From Raillietiella orientalis (Eukaryota), in assembly GCA_036172245.1 (NCBI GenBank), contig JAYWIR010000008.1:5146001-5210000 (forward strand): a DNA stretch of 64,000 bases. Direction: 5' to 3'. Positions 1 through 11,600 of the stretch are shown in pieces; position 1 is the stretch's first letter, and each line of letters opens with the position of its first letter. The translations under genes and the position numbers were made by a program. The notes beneath the pieces were generated by a model that saw nothing but the letters and a program-made list of their open reading frames with translations, was not told where the DNA came from and made no database searches.

Positions 1-49
1 TCGAGAATCCCGGCACACGCTCCGTGGACATCTCCAGAGAGAGGAATTC

Positions 50-2388
50 TGCTGAGGATTCAAGTGGCCCCGGTGGTTGGTTTTCGAAGGAAGATGAGCT
101 CTCGCGCGCTCATTGCTTCAGCGCGAGAAGCCCGAAGCACGCTTTTCGGGAACCATTTCCCCGCGGAAGAGGAACGACAGAGCGACAAGCTGAGAGCGCC
201 CGTTCCAAGGTAATGCAGACATAAAACTCTTCTTAGTTGCTGATGGGGGGATGGAAAGGCAGTTCTCTGCTTCAGCTGCCGAAGATCCAGTCCTCGGCGT
301 GCTGACGCAAGCACACCTGCATCGGGCGGAAACTGCCTGTCGGGATTCGGTCTGGCTTGCATCCCTTCTCCACCATGGGAACGTCTGTGATGCGGAAACG
401 CAGAAAGATGCTCTTCGTGCCGTTTCGGCGCTCTTGAGTTCGGAATCTTCGAAGGAAAGTTGGATCCCTGCCGACCTTTCGGCGTACTCGCCCCCGAAGT
501 GCCTGCAGCTCTCCTCGACGCCTGGAATGCTCCCTCCTTTCCTCGACGTCTGAAATGTTCTCTCCTTGGTGAATGCGAGCTGCTTGCCAGGAGCTCGCGC
601 TCACCAAGCCGACGTGACGGCGGCATCGCTCCGCCGACCCTCCTCATTTCGTGCTGCATCCCATCGGTCTCTCGATAGCCCTCCCCAGCCAGGTTGTGCG
701 GAGGAGAGGTGAATTCGGCGTTCGATCCGACGAGTCTCGGGAAGAGGTCGTCAGAGATCGCGGTCATCTCTCCCGCGTCCAGCCGATTCGGTCTCCAGTC
801 AGTCTGTTATCTTGGAGAGCGAAGACAACGGTGGATATCAGATCGCGTCCTGAGTTTCCTCTTCTTTTCCTTTTTTTTCAGGAGGGAGGGGAGGGTGAGA
901 TTTGCTTGTAGTGAACTGCCACCACCATGCATCTGCAGATTCCAGAGAGGGATGAGAGAGAGAAAATTGGCATCTTCCTGGCGAAAAACGTCACGCCCAC
1001 TTGCCCAAAGGGAGAGGACCAAACCCAGAGATTCCGCATCATCAGCTATGCAGGGGCTTCATTCCAGATGTATCGCAGGTATTCCATCCGATCGGGAACG
1101 AGTCTGCGGGCAGGCTCCTCGCAGCCAAGCTGGGCAAGATTCCGAGCGAAGAGTCCCCTTTCCCGAATGAAGTTCCCCAAGGTTACTCGCATCCTGGTTC
1201 CATCCCTATTTCGATCGAAAAGGCGGAAGGGGAACTTGAAGCATCCCTCAGGACGGACGGCATGCCATCCGCGATCGTTAACGGTCTCTTTTCCTCCTCC
1301 TCCTTCTCCTGTTTTACTCCTCCACCCTTTCTCTTTTCCTCCCTTCCTCCTCCTCCTCCTCCTTTCTTTTCCTCCCTTCCTCTTCCTCTTCCCCTTCATT
1401 GCAAAGATGGAACAGTGCAGTGCATGACCTACGTGCGACCGTCAGACTACCTCTTCTCAGCACTACTTCGCTGATTATTTCCATTTTCCGCTAGATGCTA
1501 GAAAGTGGAACGCAACCAGCCGCTCAGCGCGGTCCCTTAGAACCTCGGTAACCAGGGGCTGCCCTTGGTTGCGGGGGCATCACCATAGGCGCTCCCTGGA
1601 ATCCGACCCTCTTCTCGTGTGTGAGGGAGGAAAGACAGTTTCCTTCTGAAGCCAGGGGTGGGTTCTTCGCGAACGCCCATCACCGGGAAGTTCTATTTCT
1701 CATGGCAGCACCGCTTCCCTGAGGCCTTCGCGCTGGAGTGGGAGGCCACGGATGAAAGAGAGGTCCATTAGCGTGGGCACCCCCGCTCCTGCAGAGGGAT
1801 CTTCTTCGTCCCACCGAGGATCGGTGCACGGACTGGCCGGCGCAATTTCCTGGAATCTGCGCCGTTGTCCTCCTGGAGTTTCGTCGTGGAGGGGAGTCGG
1901 CTAGAGAAGGTGCGTCGTTCCCTGCAGAAATGCTCGATTCATTGCTCCTGTGGAGGGAAAGTGCAGTGAGGGCGAGTTCCTTCTCTGGAGGATGCTGAGT
2001 AGTGCACAGCGCGACGCGTCCTCTAGCATCCTGCCTTCAGAGGGTCTCTTCATGACCACCACAGTCGACTGCATCTATCCACTCCCGACATGCGTCTCAA
2101 CTTCCAGACGTTTCGACTTCCTTTCTGGAACAACGCGGTGAACTCCACGAAACACCCTGGACAGACCCCTTGCCTAATGCTGACGTGTTCCTGGTACGAC
2201 GGTCTCTGTTCCTGTCAGGATCAAGCTCCCAACCTTCTCTTCGGCGGATTTTTCATGCAGGTTCGGGGTGGGTGTGGGGAAGGAAGGAGGCATCAGGCAG
2301 GTCCCGTGCAGTAGGAACGCGAACCTTTCTGAAAGCGGGCGTCAAGGGAAGAGTGACCCCATTCCCTGCCGAGCTTTCTCCCACCTTC
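50..2388 (-). mobile_element. Degraded L1/Tx1-like LINE ORF2 remnant (end of APE endonuclease into RT)
   Basis: Minus-strand fragments FQKGSRNVWKL (~2100-2130, like the post-APE G..WKLN motif) and RSDGIPAI (~1070-1095, like RT PGPDGIP). Many frameshifts; boundaries approximate. Confidence 0.4.
2177..2388. repeat. Left arm of a ~210-bp inverted duplication (partner 4949-5158)
   Basis: Reverse-complement alignment by eye, roughly 90% identical. The shared stretch includes gacggtctctgttcctgtcaggatcaagctcccaaccttctcttcgg. Confidence 0.95.
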
Positions 2389-3399
2389 TCCACCGAGGAG
2401 GCGTCGCATCTCCGTCCCGTCCTCTCCCCCCGGAGAGCTATGCTCGCGGACCTCTATCAGGGGAAGACCTCGCAGCGAAGAGCTTCCTAATGCCAAGAGA
2501 GCCAGAAGGGAACTGCCATGTTGCATGAGGTGCTGCACTTCCGGTACCCGCGCTCCGGGGCAGGCGTGCCTCCCCTCGCCGAACCCTTCCGGAGGATCGG
2601 GAACGGCTCCTCCGACTTCCCCAGCCCAGGGGACCTCGGCAAGCCGTCCGGATCCCCGTCCCATCCCGTGGATAGGCACCCCGAGAGAGGGGGAGCAGCA
2701 GGGAGAAGCGAGAGTGGTCGCTGCGGAATCGGGAAGCGCGACTCGAGATCTCCCCGAGAGACGAACTCGTTCTGCTTTCCTGTCCTTTCCGTGGGAGCCC
2801 GCCTTTGGGAACCGCCACCCACGTCCCCTTCGGCTGCCGGCGTCCCGACTCCCAATTCCGGCTTGGCTCGCGCCGATTCCATCCTGTTTCCCTAGCTTTC
2901 GAAGATTCCCCTCCCTTCTTCCTCTTCTTCCTCGCCTTCATCTTTCCTGCCTCTTCTTACGAGATCCAAGTCCTTCTCGCCCCGCTGGAAGCGACCCGCT
3001 CCTTCAGTTCGCTGACTGAGTCCCTCCCTACTCCCGTCTCACCCTCCAGGAGAAATGGACCCGAGAAAGGAGGCTCCGACTCTTCTCGTTCTTTCCTTCG
3101 GGAGTAGAACTCGTCTAGACTCCCAGCCTCTCCCTTTTCTTGCTGTCTCGCAGCACGCGGCCTTGCTTTGGAGCCGAGGATGGATCGCTACTGAAGGACC
3201 CAGGAAGCCGTCTTGACGCAGGTGCAGAAGTGCGCGCACGCGCTAGACGAAGGGGGTAGGATAGGGAAACCTTCTGGAAAACTTCCTTCTCCTAGCAACC
3301 GTCTCGTCATCCAAGCCGCCGCGATGTAGGGGAGCAGTGACAGCGGCGACGGTGGGGAAAGGGGGGGGTAGGGGAATGAATGTCGTCTCATCCCGATTC

Positions 3400-5158
3400 G
3401 TAGACCAGGTCTCCCAGGCCGGACAGAGTGCGTCTCTTCCCCGATATGGCGATATTTTCGTTTCCCATCCCTTCCCCACGGGGATCGCAGCGTCCGCACG
3501 GGAACCTCGGCAGAGATGCGTGTGCTGCCACTCCCGGCTTTCCGGTGCCCGACGACTACCTGAGCCTGCGGGTCTGCGCTGCCCGAGGGCGACGGAATCC
3601 GGGGAACGCGGGCGCGTCCCCAGTGGGATTCCTGTGGAGCCTCCCAAGAGGGACCAAAAGAAGCCTCGGGAAGGGCGGGAGGAAGGTCCTCGCCCGGAAA
3701 CGAAGGAGCCGACCGGGAGGGGCTGGAATCCAAACTCCTGGAGGAGGGAAGGAAGAAGAGAGGAAGTCCCGGAGATGGAAGGGACCCAACCCAATCGCTC
3801 TCCCGGAGTGATCTTAGGCGGAGCGGGTTTCAAAGGGACCCCGTGAAGGACTCTCCCCGCCCCTGCGTCTGTGCTCACGGCTTCCCGGAGAGATAGGCAG
3901 CGTCCAGAGAGCAGCTTCCGGTTCCTTCCAGGCTCCAGGCCACGAAGTCAGAGTTCCTCCCTCAGGCGAAAGGAGCGGAGTCCCGTCCCCCGTTCACTTT
4001 CTGCGGCTCGTCAGTTCCTGCTTCGACTATCCGCTAACGGAGGCTGGTGCATCCCTCCAGCTACACGGGAGAGGAAAAGGGCCAGGAGGAGGGGACGAGC
4101 TGATCCCAGTCTCCCTCAGTGCACCTTGCCTCCAGTGCCCTCCTCCAGATCGCCCGAGAAACTTCCACGGGCGTGCGCTCTCGGAAAGGCGCAGAGGAGT
4201 TCGTTGCCACGGTCACGAGCGCGCCGCTGCCGTGCGCCGTGAGTGGACACCGCTCCCGGATGTGCGAGAGCGGTTGGGGAGCCACTTTGCCAGCAACGGG
4301 TACGCTAGGTTGCGGCGCGCCCGAGTTGCTGAGGTCTTCGAAGGCAGGCGAGGGAGCCCCAGCGGCGGTGGCGCCATCGAAAGCTAAGAGGGAGGGAGGG
4401 AGAGGAAAGGCGAGGCTGGCGCTGCGCTCCCGGGCCGGACGAGCCGGTGCCGGCGAGGCTCCGCCCCGAGAGCTGGTCGCGAGTTCGCCACGCTGCCGAC
4501 AGGAAGCGCCCTTACCTCCCCCTTTCCCCGGACCGCCGACGGCGGCTTTCAGCAGGGAACAGGCAAGGAGCGGAGGCTCCCTGGATCGCAGGACTCCTGG
4601 CGAAGGGAAGAAGCGCGAACGGAGAGAAGTCTGAGCGGGACGCGAGGAGCATGCGGGCACGGATCCGAGAAGGGAACGCCGGGAGGCAAGGAGTCTGCCT
4701 GCTTCAGGGACTCGGAAGACTGTCTTTTGGGGGAATGCATGCCGATGGCCCCTTTCTGAAACCTCCCGGCTTAGCGAAGACCGACCCGAGAGCCCATTCC
4801 AGGACCCCGAGGACCCCATCTGGTGAGGTAAGGAAAGTCGCGTTCCTTCTCTCCGACTTCTCCCTGAGGAAGCAAGGCGACTCGGCAGTGCCCCGGCCTC
4901 CAGCCAATCCCGAGCAGCAGAAGATAGCGGCGAACAAGAACGGCGCGCGAAGGTGGGAGAAAGCTCGGCAGGGAATGGGGCCACTCCTCTCCTGGCGCCC
5001 GCTTTCAGAAAGGTTCGCGTTCCTACTGCACGGGAAGCTGCCTGATGCCTCCTTCCCTCCCTCCCCCTCCGAACCTGCATGAAAAACCCTCCGAAGAGAA
5101 GGTTGGGAGCTTGATCCTGACAGGAACAGAGACCGTCGTGCCAGGAACACGTCAGTAT
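3400..5158 (+). mobile_element. Degraded L1/Tx1-like LINE 5' part: ORF1 zinc knuckle followed by APE endonuclease
   Basis: FVATVTSAPLPCAVSGHRSRMC (~4200-4265, degenerate CCHC knuckle), then in order GVCLLQ (APE xxCLQE motif), VAFLLS, LLHGKLPDA and a frameshifted RL(D)LILT. Confidence 0.5.
4949..5158. repeat. Right arm of a ~210-bp inverted duplication (partner 2177-2388)
   Basis: Reverse complement of 2177-2388, roughly 90% identical by eye. Confidence 0.95.
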
Positions 5159-5759
5159 GAGGACCTGCCGAGATGGCTCGATGGCGAATCCGGGGGAGTC
5201 CTGCGCTCCAGGAAACCTGGGAGGGTCGTCATCGCTCACGAGGTCCCCGCTAAAGCTCTTCGCCCTTCGATGGCCTCATGCAGGTCAAGCCGAAGAGTCT
5301 ACGCCGAAAATTTTCGTAGGACGCATATATGCATCCATAGTACTCAAATTCGGGATGCACTTTGTGCCTCAAGGCTCTTGCAGCATCCTTCTGATCTCTG
5401 TACCCAACGTCGTTCGTTCTAACGAAGACGCTACTGACCGCGTCACAGGCGGAGTCTGCGGTGACTCGGGCTGGGAAGTCTGGGCTCTCTTCTCCCTTCG
5501 CGGAGCTCATTGTTGCGTGGGAGGGTGTGGCTCTCATTCTGCGAGTGCTTTGCGAGCTGCTTGCTGTGGGTGCGTGTCGTCGTCACCGTTGTGTATTTGA
5601 TCCATCTTCTTCATCATCCGGAGGATGGGGCAGACGAAGCTGCGCCTATGGGCATACCCTGGAGCATGTCAGTATGCTGCCTGATCCGACCTGCCCTTGA
5701 CCTAAAGATCTCGAGTCGCAAGGTAGAGTTTTCGAGGACACCCTACGATCCCAGGGGAG

Positions 5760-6120
5760 CTAACACCAGTGCTTGAATCGATTCTTCCGTTTTTCTTTGG
5801 GGGAGGGAAGGGAACCAAGTTCGAGATGTTGGGTATCCTCCCTCTGGAATGCCTGGGACCCCTCCGTCAATTTTTCGAAAGGGCAGGAAACCTCCAGGAC
5901 GGTCATTCGGTTTTCTTTCTGGAGCTCCGGTCCCAGCTCAAGTTTGGAACCTGCTCCCGGGATCGGTTGGCTGCAAGCCGCCATCTTTCATTGCTCCTGC
6001 ATCGCCTCCCTCTCTTGATCCGCCAGACCGCCTCACCCTTCCGGTAATGACGCTCGGCCGTGCATGGAAGGGTTTCTCGCGTGCCTGGGTGTGTTCGGGA
6101 AAGCGAAGGCCTGGTCCAGG
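5760..6120 (-). mobile_element. RLE-type (R2/R4/NeSL-like) non-LTR retrotransposon, restriction-like endonuclease remnant
   Basis: QPIPGAGSKLELGPELQKENRMTVLEVSCPFE matches the PIPG..SKLRPDL...D/EVxCPFE RLE motif. DNA similarity to ~40944-40985 and ~10217-10250. Confidence 0.6.
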
Positions 6121-6193
6121 CCATGCGGTTGTGCAGACATCCCACGTGCCAGATGCGGAAGGCAAGGCGGACTGATAAGGAAAAACTTTGCTC

Positions 6194-6238
6194 CGTTTTT
6201 AAATCAGCGCCATCCATCAACGTTTTTAAATCAGCGCC
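6194..6238. repeat. 18-bp direct repeat CGTTTTTAAATCAGCGCC x2 with a 9-nt spacer
   Basis: Exact copies at 6194-6211 and 6221-6238. Confidence 0.9.
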
Positions 6239-7022
6239 GATCTAGTCCCGTGGAGGGAAGTGGCCACTGATTCGGCAGGACTGCAAACGCGAGAGGGCAG
6301 CGTCTGTGCTCTTCGCTTATCGGAAAAGTTTCGAGATCGGTGAAGTTTTGGATCTCGCCAGCGTAGATGGTGCATTCGGCTCTCGGCTCGAGAGGGCGGG
6401 GACCTGACGAGATGGCTCGATGGTTCGGCTTGCCGCGTCACGCCGCCGCAGAGACGCACCGCGAGGATCCTCTCTTGAGATTGAGGATGCTGCTCGGACG
6501 CTCTTCCGAAAGGGCATGCGTTGCTCGGCCTACGGGGCTTCTTTGCGCATCCGCCCTCGCATGCAGCGTCCACTCGGTTCGAGCTCGGAAGATGGTCGCA
6601 AATTGGAGCCTCCGTTAGGAGCCATCATCGGGCTGCCCTCTTCTCTCAGTCGCGGTCGGCGTCTCCAGTGCATCCTGTGCAGATGCACCGGCAAAAGGAT
6701 CCTATGTTTGAGAAGGTATGGTTAACCTTGTGGCTGCTAATTACTCCTGGAAGCGGAAAACCCCGGTCCCCTTCCCTAGGATGGATAGCTTCCAGCCTAC
6801 TTGTGCTCCTCTCCTCCCACACAAACTTGAACGAACCAACAGCGGTCAAAGACAGCGCAAAGTAAAAGGGGCTGTTTGAGGGACGAATACCAAAAATTAG
6901 ATTTGGCGACAGCACGCCCACATGTGAGGAAGAAACTCCCCTCTGTACGACTCGCATTTCGGTGCGCGTCGACAGGTCTGCTCCAGAATCCTGAACGATC
7001 AGCATCCCCGAAGACCACAAGT

Positions 7023-7356
7023 GATGAACAGGTGCGCTTGCTCTGTATAGATTGCTGCACAAATTCATTCGAATACGCATAGTATTCGTGGTTATTAACG
7101 TACATATTATTGACAGTAATATTGTTGGAACCGATATGTTTATTTAGGTTTATTGATATATATTTTATTAATAAAATTAATAAGTGGTCGATTATATCGT
7201 TGATACATATATTATTGATTATAGAAAATAAATATATATGCTTGTTGTATACATCGATATTTACAGATACACACACATATATATATATATGAATGCATAT
7301 GCATATTTAAATAGATTTCTGTATTAATCTATACAGAACGAGCACGCGTGCTCACC
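7023..7356. repeat. Degenerate fold-back (MITE-like) element with an AT-rich core and a (CA)n(TA)n microsatellite
   Basis: Arms at ~7023-7088 and ~7291-7356 align as inverted repeats (TCTGTATAGATT / AATCTATACAGA plus flanks, mismatches mostly transitions). The interior is far more AT-rich than the flanks. Confidence 0.6.
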
Positions 7357-8269
7357 TCGTTATGACCTTTCGGTACTTCGAACGTGTGGGATTTTTTGAC
7401 CGGCAACGGCCACGACATCCCTGGTCACAAAGCACCCGGATCAAGGGAAGACGAGATCTTTCATTGAGCAGCTTCAGGATTCGCAGAATTTTCCCTTCAG
7501 CATCTTCCCTTCGCGGATGTATCGTCATGCAGGACCAACCAATCCTCTGCACGTTGCGCCATCGTGTCCACCGAAGATGGCGCCGATAGCTTGTGCAAAA
7601 GTTGCAAAGTATGAGAAGAATCGCCGGGTCACGTCCCCATCAACGCGCAACCCATGGTCACGGAAAGGTATGGCGAGCTGGTTGCGCAGCCGAAGCGAGA
7701 ACTGGAGGCCTCCAATCGAACTACTCCGGGAATGGGCGTGGACCCGGGGCTCCAGGAAGGGGAAACAATCATTCAGACAATAAAAATGCCCTTTCCCCTA
7801 TTTTAGATTTGCTCCTTGGCACCTGGACCTCTTTTTTTCTTTTTTATCATGGGTGCATCCGACAAAAATCGGGAAGTGCAGGTCCCTCTGCCAGAGATGG
7901 AGTGACTCACATCCTTTTCTTCTTCTCCGTTCTATCTGAATCTAAACGAAAAAATTCGTCCATCTAAATCCTTGGACCTGAACGTGTTAAGAAAGGTTCG
8001 TATTCAAAAATTAGAGTCTTATTTGCCTTTCGTCGCAAGCAGAACGAATGAGAAAGAATAGAGACTCAATAGAATTTTTTTTTGTCTTCCAGGGATCTCG
8101 TATTCCACACTATTCAAAATGTTTGCCTTTATAATTGCAACCCTGTTGCCAGTCTCTGGAAGAAGGAAACGAAGGAAACGGTCCCATTTGTTTCCGAGGA
8201 GAGACCCCTTCAGCAACTGTGAAGAACTTCGGCAAATTCCAAGGATTCTGCTGTCAGCATCATTTGTCA

Positions 8270-9570
8270 TTTGTCAGCATTTGTCAACAGTTATTCTAGT
8301 TCTTCGTGCCCCCTGAGGTGGCAGCAAACAGAGACTGCGTCAGGTGCGGGGAGGAGGAGGAGGGATGAGCTATCGAATCCTTCCTGCACCTGCCAGAAGA
8401 CTGCAGTGCTCGACGAAGCAGATGCACGCGCTCTCCTGCGCCCGGAGGAGGAAGGCTTCGGAAACTTGCAGCGGCACCTGCTTTACGACCAGGTGAACGA
8501 CGAGTTTCCAGCCGCCTCTTCCCAAGGAGGCTTCAAGACTCGAATTCCCCTGCAGCCCGGCGACATCTGAATGCACTCGAAATGCGCTCGGCTTTGTGCT
8601 CGGGAATTTTCTCGCCGCCAGCATCTCTTTTCGTGCCATTTGGGGCAAGCGGCGGGGCTCTAAAACCTCGATCAAGATGTGGACGGAGGAAATCGTTCTG
8701 CCATCCGTGGTGTTTCCACCAAACCTGCAAAATTTCAAGAACACCTGACCTGAGCACCGAGACTGTGTAGTGCTTCTGACATCCAGCTTCCCGCCAGAGT
8801 CTCAGTATCACATGTGGTTCAAACTCACCTGCCACTGACTCACGGACTCTCGCAAGTGCGCCTTAGGGGCTTGCAGCACCATGCGCTACTGGCAACCCTG
8901 CTTACCGGGAGCTCGCAAGGGCACGCACACCTCTCTCCGCCACGGTTCAAATCCATGACGACTTGGCAACCACGAGGGAGGGAATTCGCTCTCACGTAAC
9001 AGGATGATTCTCTACGGGCAAAGTTTCGAGTGCAAACTTTTAATGCGCCCTCATAAACCCAAATTAAGGGTGGTCCAGTACGGTTCGCGTGCTTTCCTCG
9101 ATCACAGATCCGGAACGTGCATCTTAATCTACGTTGCCAGATTCTCAATCCCGGGCTTGGAAGAAACCTACCTCAATGTATTCAGCTCGGAGAACGGATG
9201 CTAACGTTCTGGAGGAGCAACTTGCATCATTCCATGTTCCTCCGTGTCAAGAAGCAGCAGGAAACCACCATGAGCTTCCCTGCTTTCCGCTCTTGGAAAA
9301 GGGAACCCTCACGCAGACAGAATCCTGCGGAAAGGCGACTTTGAAAGCTTCGACAACGCGAGGTGAAAACTGCATCCGGGAAAACTGCCTTCCTGTTCCC
9401 GTTGCATCCAACACGTGGGATGTGACCTGCAGTGATGCCAAGGGGCAAGGAAGTGATTTGTTAAGGAAGACCTCCGATCACGTGTTCCTCCTTCCGTTTG
9501 ACGGCATTCCAGGCAGAGTTTCCAGTAGCTCTTGCGTGGCAGTTAATTCTTCTACCCTCGGACGGTGAAT
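8270..9570 (+). mobile_element. Highly degraded LINE ORF2 (RT region) remnant
   Basis: Weak motif echoes in the expected order (NLQRHLLY, IPLQPGDI, VVQYGS). No intact frame. Confidence 0.3.
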
Positions 9571-10117
9571 TGCGACTGCTGAGTGACAACGACGGATTCA
9601 ACGGATGGAGCATGTCGCGCCGGTAAAAAACTCCGGCGTCGAGTTGTCTACCGATGTTTTCGGACCAACGGGCACTTTCCGTCAGCTTTCGGCGAATCGG
9701 AACACCGACAGGCGCATCCGTACCGAGAAGAAGGTGGACTGGCAGAAACTTGGAAAACTCACCGAACCTCTTCCCGTTGGTTCTCCAGGTGCCTCGGTTT
9801 TCGGAGTCTTTCCGAGGAAAGAGCGCCACCGCTCTGTTTTCCCCTTCCACGAACGCTTCTCAAAGAATTTTCTTCGTCTGGCGCCCCCTGGTTTCAGCCC
9901 TCAGGTAGATTCAGCTTCCGGTGGAAAACCTTATCTGCTATCCGTGTTTGTATGTTAGCAAACGACGTTGCCGAAGGATGCAACCGATGACTGAGGGATT
10001 CCTCACCGACCTCACCGTCCGGCCGTCCTCTCCATTTCATCCCCCGGTCGAGACTGTTACTCCTTCATCGGCCAAGTCGAAAGCCAACCCCAACCCTCTC
10101 TGCTTGCTCTCCCTTCT

Positions 10118-11050
10118 TCAACTCGCCTCTTCTAGGACTCCGGCAGAAGGTTCGTAAGGGCAGCCGACCTCCACAGTTATTGCTTCCCCTCTCTCTGGGA
10201 GTACCAGATCGGGTCGCAGTTTGGACTTTGTTCCGGGAATGGACCGATTAGGATCCATCAACTCCCACTTTTCCCGCGCAGCTCTCTCTGTCTGAGAAAC
10301 CAGTTCGTCATGGCTCTCGGTGATCTCTCTGTCATTCCGTACTCGGTGGTCGAAAATGTAGCTAAGGGACTCCTGCCGCACCACACCTCATCTCGAACGG
10401 GAACACAGGAAGGCGTCTCCTCTTTCTTCCTCCTGAGCCGTCGCTGAACGTGGCGGCAAGGACTTCTGTAAACCGGGTCTTGCCACGAAACTTTCTGCTT
10501 GCTCAAGTGTCAAGATGTTTGCTCTTTTTCAGAAAAGAGCTCTGCGGAACGGGCGAGCATGTCTTCTCACTTTCTTTCTCTCGGCAAATGAAACCTTGCC
10601 CTTTTCTTCCATCCAGTCGTCGGATGTCGGCATTCCTCTTTGGGAGGTAAACATTTTGCCAGGGGCAATAATATAAACACGAAGTCGACTCATGTTGATA
10701 AAAACCTGTCCTCAGGTGGGTGTGGCACCACTGTTTCTCATTCGAGTGTTCCGGCATGGAGTCCTTCGGAGGCAGGTTTTCTTCCCTGCCGCAGCTGGCA
10801 TCCGAGCTGCTCGGAATGCTCCTGCCCACCACAAGTAACACTCGGCGTGCCGTTCGCGTGCATCGGCACGCCGAAAGCATTCCCCATCCCTGGACAACTC
10901 GGGAATTCCGACTACCTCGCCTTCCGCTCGATACTTTGCGCTGCCGGCGAAATGGTGGAATGGCGGATTGGATTTTCTGTCTAAAATGCCACCTGGGATC
11001 CTCTAATTGTATACAAGTATCGATTTCGCATTCATACATGTGCAAGTGAA
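10118..11050 (-). mobile_element. RLE-type non-LTR retrotransposon C-terminal region (zinc knuckle plus PD..D/E endonuclease)
   Basis: WCG/QESLSYIF...SHDELV followed by NRSIPGTKSKLRPDLVLPERGEAITVEVGCPYE, the clearest RLE motif in the window. Confidence 0.75.
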
Positions 11051-11224
11051 GAAAATGTTTCCTGTGACTTCTCTTCCTTTCCCTTCTTCATCCCTCCTTT
11101 TTCCTCGTCGAAAGGAAACGGAGATGGAATTCTCATGAATGCGTTGGAACTTGGGCTCCCACGACTGAAGAGCGGTTCTTCGTGACCACAATTAAAATTT
11201 TTGTTCCAGAATCCTCTTGATTAT

Positions 11225-11600
11225 GGAAAACATATAAAGCTGATTTATGGGGCTGAAAATACGGGGCATCCCTTTACAAATTTTCCTGCCATTATTCCCA
11301 GAGATATTTTCCGTTCGCTGCTATCCATGACAGATACTCTCGTGAAATGATGATTTATTCTCCAAGCAGATTTTCTTACACACAGTACAAGCAAGAAGAA
11401 CATCCGCCCAAAGTTGCTCGATGAAGAAAAAATTGAAAATCTTTCAGCGCAAGAGGCACGCTGATCTCCTCTGGTTAAGTCTTCTGGCTCTCTCCCACGA
11501 ACGTATCTCACTATCTCACCCGGAGCGGTTTCTGGGATCACGAAAGGGGAGAGAAGATCTGCCTGCCCTCTCCTCTGAGTTGATTTCCAGCACATTCGGT
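11225..11600 (-). mobile_element. LINE reverse transcriptase domains 3-4 remnant
   Basis: FSIFSSSSNFGRMF...KSAWRINHHFT...GKFVKGCPVFS resembles L.xFGFG..F...ING..T...GVRQGCPLS. Confidence 0.5.

Noticed and set aside
4061..5239. 392-aa minus-strand ORF, and other long GC-rich ORFs such as 35883-36794, 33048-33920 and 30276-31076
   Set aside because: Low-complexity R/S/P/G-rich translations with no domain, overlapping ORFs in several frames. This is expected from GC-rich or antisense TE sequence.
6194..6238. CRISPR-like repeat-spacer-repeat
   Set aside because: Only two 18-bp units with a 9-nt spacer, no cas genes, and a eukaryotic context.
7574..7584. YY1-like AAGATGGCG motifs (also reverse copies at ~44912 and ~48550)
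   Set aside because: A short motif that can occur by chance in 64 kb of GC-rich DNA, with no supporting promoter evidence.
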